Shown piece by piece: positions 7,854-15,084 of a stretch of DNA of 15,084 nt. The stretch comes from Candidatus Muiribacteriota bacterium (lineage in GTDB: Bacteria > Muiribacteriota > Muiribacteriia > Muiribacteriales > Muiribacteriaceae). Numbering within the stretch: position 1 is the first letter of the stretch; each line of letters begins with the position of its first letter. The translations under genes were made by a program, and so were the position numbers. The notes below the pieces were generated by a model. The model made no database searches. It saw only the letters and a list, made by a program, of their open reading frames with translations, and was not told where the DNA came from. Location: positions 1-15,084 of the forward strand of contig JBNJGP010000069.1 of assembly GCA_051747805.1 (NCBI GenBank), read 5' to 3'.

Positions 7854-9070
7854 AAGATAAATTCTGTTTCAATCTTTTTTTTACAAATGATCTGCATGGT
7901 AATTTCCTTGGTTTAAACGCCCTGTTAAATTTAAAAAGAAATTCCAGGGTTCCCTCAATTTCAATAGACACGGGCGACACTTTTGGACTTGATTATTCTG
8001 GTGAAATTATATACAAAATACTTCCTTATGCAGCGGATTTCTGGTTACCCGGAAATCATGATTTGTTACATAAAAATTCTAAAATTAAAAATTATTTATT
8101 TTCTCCCGCGAATCAGACTGTTGCAACTAATGTTAAATTCAACAATGAAAATTTAAAACACAATTTTTTTAAAAGTAAAATAATTTTAATTAATAAAGTA
8201 AGAATAGGGATATTAGGGTTAACTTCTCCGGTCAAAGCAGGTAATGTTGTGTTTAAGGATTCTGGGCGAGCGCTTATTGAAAGTATTAAAACTATACAGG
8301 GTTGTGATGTTTTAATACTGCTTTCTCATTTGGGTATTAAAGAAGATAAAAGAATTGCAGAAGCCTGCCCAGAGATTGATGTGATTATTGGAGGCCATAC
8401 TCATACTAAAATGAATTTCCCGGAAATTTTTAATAAAACAATTATTTTTCAAACAAGTGGTTATGGTATGGCGGTAGCTCAGTTGAAACTTGAGATTAAA
8501 AGAAGGAAAATATCTGGATTCTCTTCTGGACTCTATAACCCTTTTGAATTTCCACTTGAAAGTGATTTCAAAGAGATGATTTATAAGATTAAAAAGAAAT
8601 ACAATATTATATTTAACCTGAAAAATAATATATTTTACTCTAAATATTCTGAAAACCCAATAAGTGAAATGATTTTAAAAGCCCTGGCCAAGAACACTGG
8701 GGTAGATAACGTTATTTTGAATTCCAGTCTTATTAATCCTTTTTTAATTAAAGGTCCTGTTACTGAGGAAGATATAAAAAGGATTTTAGGATATAAATTA
8801 AATCTTTTTATTCTAAATATGCCTGGGAAACAACTTATTAAAATAATTAAACGTTCCCGCAAGGACACATATACAAAAATCCATTCTTTTTTAAAACTTA
8901 ATGCTATTAAAGAAAATCAAACATATCAAACTCTGGTGACGGATTTTTTATCCAATGGTGGCCATCATGGTGGTTCGATGTTCCCTGAATTTGTTAATAA
9001 AAATAAAAAAAGGGCAGAAATTAATTTGAAGAAGGTTATATCGAATTATCTGGTTTCGAATAAATTGTAA
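7850..9070 (+). CDS. Calcineurin-like metallophosphoesterase, 5'-nucleotidase/UshA-CpdB family, no signal peptide
   Basis: Metal-binding motifs TNDLHG, DTGD, GNHD, LSHLG and GGHTH. The C-terminal part resembles a degenerate 5'-nucleotidase C domain (GPVTEEDI, TDFLSNGG). ATGA overlap with paralog 2. Confidence 0.85.
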   Translation: MKDKFCFNLFFTNDLHGNFLGLNALLNLKRNSRVPSISIDTGDTFGLDYSGEIIYKILPYAADFWLPGNHDLLHKNSKIKNYLFSPANQTVATNVKFNNENLKHNFFKSKIILINKVRIGILGLTSPVKAGNVVFKDSGRALIESIKTIQGCDVLILLSHLGIKEDKRIAEACPEIDVIIGGHTHTKMNFPEIFNKTIIFQTSGYGMAVAQLKLEIKRRKISGFSSGLYNPFEFPLESDFKEMIYKIKKKYNIIFNLKNNIFYSKYSENPISEMILKALAKNTGVDNVILNSSLINPFLIKGPVTEEDIKRILGYKLNLFILNMPGKQLIKIIKRSRKDTYTKIHSFLKLNAIKENQTYQTLVTDFLSNGGHHGGSMFPEFVNKNKKRAEINLKKVISNYLVSNKL

Positions 9071-9831
9071 ATTTGTATCAGTTCCTTGCAGTTTAGTTTT
9101 TCCGGGCGTTTGTCAAGCAATGCTTGAGCGAAATTCATTTTTTTGAATTTTTTTTCCTTTTTTAAAAAAAAAGAAATTTTTTTCCTTTTACTGTTAAAAA
9201 GTCTGTTAAGAAAATCTAAATATTTTTTGTCACATAAATAATAATTATCTGGCTTTAATGAAATAATTACAGAATCAACGTTCGGTCTTGGAAAAAAATC
9301 ATTTTTGGAAATATTTTTCAGTAGTTGGATAGAGCATACTGAATGAATAAAGAAGGTGAAAGCGTTAAATGGTGGTTTAACCAATTTCTGCGAAAATTCT
9401 TTCTGAACCATCACAATGATTATAGATGGTAGGTTTATACTGGTTAGAAGTTTTTTTAAAATGGGGGTTGATATATTATATGGGATGTTGGCTACAACAC
9501 TGTAAGTTTTATCAGGAAGTTCAGCTTTTAAGAAATCCTGATTGATTATTTTTAAATTAGAATAATCTTTTTCAAGCACTTTAACAATATTATATATTTT
9601 TTTATCAATTTCATAACTTAATATTTTTTTTTGGGTTGCTGCAAGAACTTCGGTTAGTACACCTGCTCCGGTACCAACTTCTACAATATAATCAGAAGAA
9701 ATTTCGCGGGATATTTTTTTAAAAAAATTTAGAATAAACTTGTTTTTTAAATAATTCTGACCAAGAGAGGAGTTTAAAAAGTAAGAGTGTTCAATTAATT
9801 TGTTATAAATATCGGTTCTTATTGTCTGCAT
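9046..9831 (-). CDS. rsmA: 16S rRNA m6,2A dimethyltransferase RsmA/KsgA
   Basis: LGQNYL, SAM-binding VEVGTGAGVLT, YEID, catalytic ANIPYNIS, MVQKE, FFPRPNVDS and C-terminal KRKK...RPEKL. 261 aa. Confidence 0.88.
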   Translation of the reverse strand: MQTIRTDIYNKLIEHSYFLNSSLGQNYLKNKFILNFFKKISREISSDYIVEVGTGAGVLTEVLAATQKKILSYEIDKKIYNIVKVLEKDYSNLKIINQDFLKAELPDKTYSVVANIPYNISTPILKKLLTSINLPSIIIVMVQKEFSQKLVKPPFNAFTFFIHSVCSIQLLKNISKNDFFPRPNVDSVIISLKPDNYYLCDKKYLDFLNRLFNSKRKKISFFLKKEKKFKKMNFAQALLDKRPEKLNCKELIQIYNLFETR

Positions 9832-9839
9832 ATAAAAAA

Positions 9840-9868
9840 ATTATATATTTTTTCGATTTTAATATCAA
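9840..9868 (-). promoter_or_regulatory. Sigma70-type promoter of rsmA
   Basis: On the - strand: TTGATA (9868-9863), a 17-nt spacer, then TATAAT (9845-9840), ending 8 nt before the ATG at 9831. An AT-only tract lies upstream in the UP-element position. Confidence 0.7.
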
Positions 9869-9891
9869 ATGTTTTATTTTAAAATAAAATA

Positions 9892-9900
9892 TGTTAAAAT
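9892..9900 (+). promoter_or_regulatory. Candidate extended -10 promoter for the c-di-GMP operon
   Basis: TG-T-TAAAAT matches TGnTAnAAT. There is no good -35, and the AT-rich background makes chance matches likely. Confidence 0.3.
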
Positions 9901-9951
9901 ACGATAATTAATTTAATAATTCTATTTTTTGAATTGTTAAATTATATTAAC

Positions 9952-10096
9952 TTGAGTTTAGCAAAAAATAGAAATTTTAACCTGTAGACATTTAAAAAGC
10001 TTGATTTCACGGGGGGTCTGTGCCGACATGAAATTTCGCAAGAAATTTCTGTAGGCCTGACCACAAAAGTCTTTTAAAAAAATTTGCTAAACTCAA
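9952..10096. repeat. 145-bp element bounded by perfect 14-bp inverted repeats with internal hairpin (MITE-like element or structured ncRNA)
   Basis: TTGAGTTTAGCAAA (9952-9965) / TTTGCTAAACTCAA (10083-10096). Internal stem-loop at 10015-10062 is capped by GCAA. The repeats are directly visible; the identity is uncertain. Confidence 0.7.
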
Positions 10097-10127
10097 AATA
10101 TTAAATTAATTGATTTGGATATAAAAA

Positions 10128-12347
10128 ATGAATAATAACGTATATTTTGAAGATGAAAAAATCCGTATTTCGATGAAAACTAAATTAATGATTTTATTTC
10201 TGATTGTTGGAATAATTCCATTAATCATTATGGGTTACAGAGCCTTTATGGATCAGCGTATTGTAATAAGAGATTTAATTATTTCTGCAAACTCAGAAAT
10301 TGCGAATGTAGTTGCTAAAGAATTAAATCAGAAAATTATAACCGCACATCAAATGCTCAACTCCACTTCGAGACTTCCAAGTTTTCAGGAGCATAATTTA
10401 GGGGAAGAAATAGAAACTATTTTAAGAACGACTGTGCAGAACTTTTCTATTTTTAACAGTCTCTATTTTGTTGACAGGTATGGGGAAGAAGGTCTTGCTG
10501 CAATAAGCGATTTCGGAGTCAGGGTCGAGACACTGGAGAAAGTAAGTGAAATTGATTCAAATATTTTAAAATTCTGGTATGAAGGAATTGTCCGAGGGGC
10601 GGGTGTTGGTAAGGGTTTTTATTCTGATGTATATTTTAGAAGAAATCCTGAGATTATAAGCGAAGAGGTCATTGAGCCATATCAGCTTATGGGAGTTTAT
10701 GTTACAGATAAACTTTCTGATATGACGGGTGTTTTAATTGCAGAAATAAAACTTAGCGATATATGGGAGATTGTTGACCGTATTAGAGTTGATGAAACTG
10801 GTTTTGCATTTGTAGTTGAAGAAAAATCTGGTATGCTTATTGCGCATTCTAATCCTAATATAAACCCTGGTATAAAGTTTCTTGATAATAAGAAAATGGA
10901 GGAACTTATTTCTTTTGGAGAGGGTGGTTCAACTGTTCTTGACAGGCATTCTCAGACAGTAAAATTATGTTCTTATGTTCCTACTCAGAAATACAGCAGA
11001 GGACAGGTGGCAGATATTACTGATTTATTTACCCCCGAATGGGGTGTTGTGGTTGAACAGACAGAAAGAGAGGCTTTTGAACCTGCAAGACAGCTTATGT
11101 ATAAAATTCTTTTTATTGTTGTACTTGGAACAACTTTAGCGATTCTTCTTGCGATTCTATTTGCCCATGGAATTACCCGCTCAATGAAAACTCTTCATCT
11201 TGGTGCTTTGAATATTGCAAATGGAGATCTTACTCAGGAGTTATTTATTGATTCGGAGGATGAAGTTGGTGAGCTTGCCAATGCTTTTGATAAAATGCGT
11301 CTTACTTTAAAAAAGAAAATAAATGATTTAAAAATATTATATGAAATAAGTCAAACAATTAGCGCAGTATTAGATTATAGAGAGTTGCTTGCTAAAATAA
11401 TGGATATAACTGTGCGTGTTCTTGATGCTGAAAAAGGTTCAATTATGCTGTTTGATGATGAAACAGAAATGCTGAAAATAGAAGCGGCCTACGGGCTTCC
11501 TGAAGAAATACAGAGAGATGCTCTTATTAATCCTAATAAAGGTATAGTTGCCTGGGTTTTAAGAACCGGGAAACCTTTGCTGATATACGATACAATGAAA
11601 GAGGCTGGCTTTGAGAAAATGAAAGGCAGAAAGGCTGAAAGTGGTACGCTTTTATCTGCACCGTTGAAAGTAAAAGATAAACTTCTTGGTGTTGTAAATA
11701 TTTCAAAATCAATTCCTAACACATATACTGACAGCGATAAAGAGCTTTTTACTGCAATTGTTTTGCAGGCAGCTATTGCAATTGAGAAAGCGATTCTTTA
11801 TAGAATGGCTATTACAGATGGAATGACCAAGCTTTATTTACACCGTTATTTCCAGCAGCGCTTTGATGAGGAGCTTGCACGGGCCATAAGGTATAAAAAG
11901 CCCTTAAGTATGATAATGATGGATATTGACCATTTTAAACCTTTTAATGATACTTATGGACATCAAGTAGGAGATAGAGTGTTAAAAACAGTTGCCAGAA
12001 TTGTTGAAAAGTCCGTTAGAGATGTTGATATACCTGCCCGATATGGTGGTGAAGAGTTTGCCGTTATTTTACCTGAAAAAGATTCTGAAGGTGCTGAAAT
12101 TCCCGCTGAGCGAATAAGAAAAAATATTGCCGAACATGAATTTTATGTTGATGATAAACTTGTTCCTATAACTATAAGTTTAGGTATCTCCTCTTATCCC
12201 GAACATTCAGATAAGAAGGGTGAGCTTATTGAGTGTGCAGATAACGCTTTATATTTTTCAAAGGAAACTGGCAGGAATAAATATGCGGTTTATTCAGAAG
12301 AAATTTTTGAAAAACTGAAAAAATTAAAGGAAGATGCCGAAGAATAA
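10128..12347 (+). CDS. Membrane sensor diguanylate cyclase (TM-Cache-like-TM-HAMP-GAF-GGDEF)
   Basis: Two TM helices flank an extracytoplasmic Cache-like region (ETGFAFVV..GMLIAH, WGVVVEQ). HAMP (GDL..DEVGELANAFDKM), GAF, TDGMTKL, DIDHFK.FNDTYGH, I-site RDVD (12018-12029) and active site GGEEF (12045-12059). Confidence 0.95.
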   Translation: MNNNVYFEDEKIRISMKTKLMILFLIVGIIPLIIMGYRAFMDQRIVIRDLIISANSEIANVVAKELNQKIITAHQMLNSTSRLPSFQEHNLGEEIETILRTTVQNFSIFNSLYFVDRYGEEGLAAISDFGVRVETLEKVSEIDSNILKFWYEGIVRGAGVGKGFYSDVYFRRNPEIISEEVIEPYQLMGVYVTDKLSDMTGVLIAEIKLSDIWEIVDRIRVDETGFAFVVEEKSGMLIAHSNPNINPGIKFLDNKKMEELISFGEGGSTVLDRHSQTVKLCSYVPTQKYSRGQVADITDLFTPEWGVVVEQTEREAFEPARQLMYKILFIVVLGTTLAILLAILFAHGITRSMKTLHLGALNIANGDLTQELFIDSEDEVGELANAFDKMRLTLKKKINDLKILYEISQTISAVLDYRELLAKIMDITVRVLDAEKGSIMLFDDETEMLKIEAAYGLPEEIQRDALINPNKGIVAWVLRTGKPLLIYDTMKEAGFEKMKGRKAESGTLLSAPLKVKDKLLGVVNISKSIPNTYTDSDKELFTAIVLQAAIAIEKAILYRMAITDGMTKLYLHRYFQQRFDEELARAIRYKKPLSMIMMDIDHFKPFNDTYGHQVGDRVLKTVARIVEKSVRDVDIPARYGGEEFAVILPEKDSEGAEIPAERIRKNIAEHEFYVDDKLVPITISLGISSYPEHSDKKGELIECADNALYFSKETGRNKYAVYSEEIFEKLKKLKEDAEE

Positions 12348-12352
12348 TTTTA

Positions 12353-13831
12353 ATGATTACTTTACTATTTTTATTTTTTAATGTTTTTAACTCGTTTGTC
12401 TGGGTTTTTTTTTCACTCAGACTTTCTGAAGGAGAATTAACTTTTTTCAGAGTAGTGATTTTATTATTTTTTTTTGCTAATACCATTTATTTCTGGAATA
12501 AAGATGACGGAGAGATTTTTCAGAGAACTGACACCTCGCTTTATATTATTTTTAATAACGCTGTTCTTACATTGATTTATTTTATGCTAATGGCTGAATT
12601 TACTCTTATATCCAAACTTCTTGTAATTGTACTTTTTTTAACAATTTTTTCTGTTACACTTTTTGCAAGAAATGATGATAGAAAAAGAATTTTTCATCTG
12701 AAAAAACTACTAGATGCAAAAATTCAGGAACTGGCCGAACTTCATAATATTAGTAATGCAATAAACAGTATTTTAGATGTAGAAAGATTACTTGATATGG
12801 TACTTTCTGTTACTGTTGATGTGCTGAAAGTTGGCAGAGTAAGTCTTTTTTTATTTGATGATAAAAAAGAAAATCTTGTTTTAAAAATAAGTAAGGGATT
12901 AAAAAAAGAGCTTGTAAATAATCTTAAAATTAAAGTGGGAGAGGGTATTATTGGTCGAGTCGCAGAAACCGGGGAACCCCTTCTTATAAAGGATATTGAA
13001 AAGGATTTACCTGAATTCATTGAAAAAAAAGGCGGTCAGAATGATAAGTATAAAACAAAGTCTTTTTTATGTGTACCTCTTAAAATAAAAAATGAAACAA
13101 TTGGTGTTTTAAGCGTTAATGATAAGTTTAATAACGAACCTTTTAATGAAAATGATGAAGAACTGCTTATAATTCTTTCAAGTCAGATAGCAGTTGCGAT
13201 TGAAAATGCTAATTTGTATGATACGATGAAAGATTCCTATAAATCTACAATTATGGCCTTATCAAATGCGCTCGATGCTAAAGATTCATATACAGGGGGC
13301 CACTCATCGGCTGTTACAAAATATGCAATTCCGATTGCACTGGAAATTGGAATGGATAAGGAGTTTATAGAACGACTTGAATATGCAGGAATGCTTCATG
13401 ATATTGGAAAAATAGGGATTATTGAAAATATTTTAAATAAAAAGGGAAGGCTTACAGAAGAGGAGTTTGCAATAATAAAAAAACATCCTGTTATTGGAGC
13501 CGATATTCTAGGTTCAGTATCTTTTCTTGAAGATATTGTGCCAATTGTAAGGCATCATCATGAAAGATGGGATGGTAAGGGTTATCCTGATGGTTTAAAA
13601 GGTAAAGAAATTCCTTTAGGGGCTCGTATAATAGGAATTGCCGATACTTTTGATGCAATGACATCTGATAGACCTTATAGAAAAGGATTGCCTGCAGAAA
13701 TTGCAAGAGCTGAAATCGAAAGATGTTCTGGCAGTCAGTTCGACCCGGAGCTTGGAAAGGTATTTTTAAAACTTTTTGATAATAAAAAAATTGTTGTAGA
13801 AAAATATGATTCAAAAAACAGGTGGATATAA
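12353..13831 (+). CDS. Membrane-anchored GAF/HD-GYP cyclic-dinucleotide phosphodiesterase
   Basis: Hydrophobic N-terminal ~105 aa, GAF domain, DAKDSYTGGHS, LHDIGKIGI, HHERWDGKGYP and ADTFDAMTSDRPYR. Confidence 0.94.
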   Translation: MITLLFLFFNVFNSFVWVFFSLRLSEGELTFFRVVILLFFFANTIYFWNKDDGEIFQRTDTSLYIIFNNAVLTLIYFMLMAEFTLISKLLVIVLFLTIFSVTLFARNDDRKRIFHLKKLLDAKIQELAELHNISNAINSILDVERLLDMVLSVTVDVLKVGRVSLFLFDDKKENLVLKISKGLKKELVNNLKIKVGEGIIGRVAETGEPLLIKDIEKDLPEFIEKKGGQNDKYKTKSFLCVPLKIKNETIGVLSVNDKFNNEPFNENDEELLIILSSQIAVAIENANLYDTMKDSYKSTIMALSNALDAKDSYTGGHSSAVTKYAIPIALEIGMDKEFIERLEYAGMLHDIGKIGIIENILNKKGRLTEEEFAIIKKHPVIGADILGSVSFLEDIVPIVRHHHERWDGKGYPDGLKGKEIPLGARIIGIADTFDAMTSDRPYRKGLPAEIARAEIERCSGSQFDPELGKVFLKLFDNKKIVVEKYDSKNRWI

Positions 13832-14589
13832 TGTATTATATTGATACTCACGCACATCTTGACGGTAGAGAATACTTAGATGATATTGATGCTGTAATAA
13901 AAAGAGCTTCTGAGGCAGAGGTGAAAAAAATTATTAATGTAGCCTGTTCTGGAGATACTATTATGTCAACTCTGGAGCTTATAGAAAAATTTAAAAATAT
14001 TTATGGTGCCCTCGGGATTCATCCGCATCATGCAGATGAATATAATGAAAATGTCGAAAATAATTTAATTAAAAAACTGGCAATGAATAAAATTGTTGCT
14101 CTTGGTGAAATTGGACTTGATTTTTTCAAAGAATATTCACCGCGCTCAAAACAGATAATGGCATTTAAAAGACAGCTTAAAATAGCAGAAAGGTTTCAAT
14201 ATCCTGTGATCATTCACTGCCGGGATGCCTATGATTTAACTTATGATATATTAACTGAATTCAATATTAAAAACGGTGTAATGCATTGCTTTTCAGGAGA
14301 CAGGAAACAGGTCGAAAAATTTCTGGGTCTTGGATTATATATTTCCTTTACCGGAACAGTCACCTTCAGAAAAAGCGATTTAAAAGCGTTAAAAGTTGTG
14401 CCGGATAATAAACTTCTTTTAGAAACTGATTGTCCGTATATGACGCCGCACCCTCACAGAGGTAAAAGAAATGAGCCATCCTATATTCCTGTAATTGCGG
14501 ATAAAATAAGCAGAACAAGAAATCAGGATTTAAATAAAATAAAGGAAATGACATATAAAAACAGCCTGAATCTTTTTAAGGGGATTTAA
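13831..14589 (+). CDS. tatD: TatD family metal-dependent nuclease
   Basis: DTHAHL, GIHPH, ALGEIGLDF, IIHCRDA, MHCFSG, LETDCPY and GKRNEP. ATG 13831 (TAATG overlap with the HD-GYP stop) is preferred over GTG 13822 because TatD proteins normally begin a few residues before DTHxH. Confidence 0.94.
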   Translation: MYYIDTHAHLDGREYLDDIDAVIKRASEAEVKKIINVACSGDTIMSTLELIEKFKNIYGALGIHPHHADEYNENVENNLIKKLAMNKIVALGEIGLDFFKEYSPRSKQIMAFKRQLKIAERFQYPVIIHCRDAYDLTYDILTEFNIKNGVMHCFSGDRKQVEKFLGLGLYISFTGTVTFRKSDLKALKVVPDNKLLLETDCPYMTPHPHRGKRNEPSYIPVIADKISRTRNQDLNKIKEMTYKNSLNLFKGI

Positions 14590-14591
14590 AA

Positions 14592-15084
14592 ATGCCTGAT
14601 GGGGAACATTTAGACAAACTTCAAACTGGCCTGAATATACTTATTGAAGTAAAATCTGGATTATTCAGGGGAAATTATTTATCTTCAGTTTTTAAAGTAA
14701 TAAAAAATCAGGAACTTTTTATTGAAATTCCGGAAAATCAGAATGGTGATCCGGTAAAATTCTGGCCCAAAACCCTTTTAAATTTAAGTTTTTTTAGAGA
14801 AAATGAACCGGGAGCTATATATGTTTTTTCAGAGCCCGTAGTAAGAATTGAGGAGGGGGGGAAACCTTCTATTCTTATTAATTTTCCTAAAAAAATCGAA
14901 AGAATTCAACGTAGAAGTTATGTAAGAGTTGATATAAGAATGCCATTTTATTACAGTAAGTTTAACGAAGATAATACTGAGGTAATTCCGGTTGAAAAAA
15001 AAGGTTATATATTAGATATTTCGGGCGGGGGAGTGTTTTTGAGAACTCCTGAAAAAATGGAAAAGGACCAGATGCTGAAAACCC
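14592..15084 (+). CDS. YcgR-like PilZ-domain c-di-GMP effector (flagellar brake family), 3'-truncated; not in the ORF track
   Basis: Manual translation from ATG 14592 is open to the window end: MPDGEHLDKLQTGLNILIEVKSG...FPKKIERIQRRSYVRVDI...GYILDISGGGVFLRT. It carries RxxxR (QRRSYVR, 14907-14927) and DxSxxG (DISGGG, 15015-15032) after a ~100-aa N-terminal domain. Confidence 0.9.
   Translation, partial: MPDGEHLDKLQTGLNILIEVKSGLFRGNYLSSVFKVIKNQELFIEIPENQNGDPVKFWPKTLLNLSFFRENEPGAIYVFSEPVVRIEEGGKPSILINFPKKIERIQRRSYVRVDIRMPFYYSKFNEDNTEVIPVEKKGYILDISGGGVFLRTPEKMEKDQMLKT

Noticed and set aside
9046..9831. Erm-type macrolide resistance methyltransferase
   Set aside because: Length, the FxPxPxVDS motif and a KsgA-like C-terminus fit RsmA. 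There is no leader peptide or mobile context, although the sequence is divergent.
10015..10064. SRP RNA (GGTCAGG on the - strand) or intrinsic terminator
   Set aside because: It lacks the SRP domain IV GNRA/GGAAGCAG arrangement. There is no U-tract directly after the stem on either strand, and it sits between divergent genes.
9959..10088. Canonical c-di-GMP-I (GEMM) riboswitch upstream of the cyclase
   Set aside because: Fragments GCAAA, GAAA, AAAGC and GGGTCT occur in order, but the GACGCAAAG core and the tetraloop receptor are absent and the dominant fold differs. A cmsearch with RF01051 would settle it.
1100..14554. Short alternative-frame or antisense ORFs (1100-1303, 1996-2199, 2299-2517, 4084-4269, 6257-6532, 7325-7510, 8635-8868, 11489-11722, 12226-12486, 12742-13020, 13491-13814, 14366-14554)
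   Set aside because: All overlap well-supported longer genes and show no recognisable motifs, so they are treated as shadow ORFs.
14855..14861. G7 tract in the PilZ gene, and T9/A9 tracts elsewhere (e.g. 5507-5515, 12405-12413, 12467-12475), as phase-variation sites
   Set aside because: All frames are intact, G7 is short for a contingency tract, and A/T runs are expected at this base composition.
1..15084. CRISPR array, transposase, prophage or defence genes
   Set aside because: No spaced direct-repeat array was seen and no ORF has motifs of these classes.

Overview
AT-rich, gene-dense bacterial chromosomal window. WaaA implies an LPS-producing diderm. The left block (+ strand, tightly packed) holds a 5'-truncated IscS/NifS cysteine desulfurase, tRNA-Arg(CCT), a secreted type I pullulanase, Kdo transferase WaaA, two tandem paralogous ~490-aa exported proteins, and a signal-less 5'-nucleotidase-like metallophosphoesterase. 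The two paralogs carry a conserved, divergent papain-like Cys-His-Asp signature, and the second appears to start at a non-canonical ATC. RsmA/KsgA lies on the - strand, apparently leaderless behind a near-consensus sigma70 promoter. The divergent intergenic region contains a 145-bp element bounded by perfect 14-bp inverted repeats with an internal GNRA-capped hairpin (MITE or structured RNA). The right block (+ strand) is a compact c-di-GMP operon: Cache-HAMP-GAF-GGDEF cyclase, TM-GAF-HD-GYP phosphodiesterase, TatD nuclease, and a 3'-truncated YcgR-like PilZ effector missing from the ORF track. All calls come from motif reading only; no searches were run.
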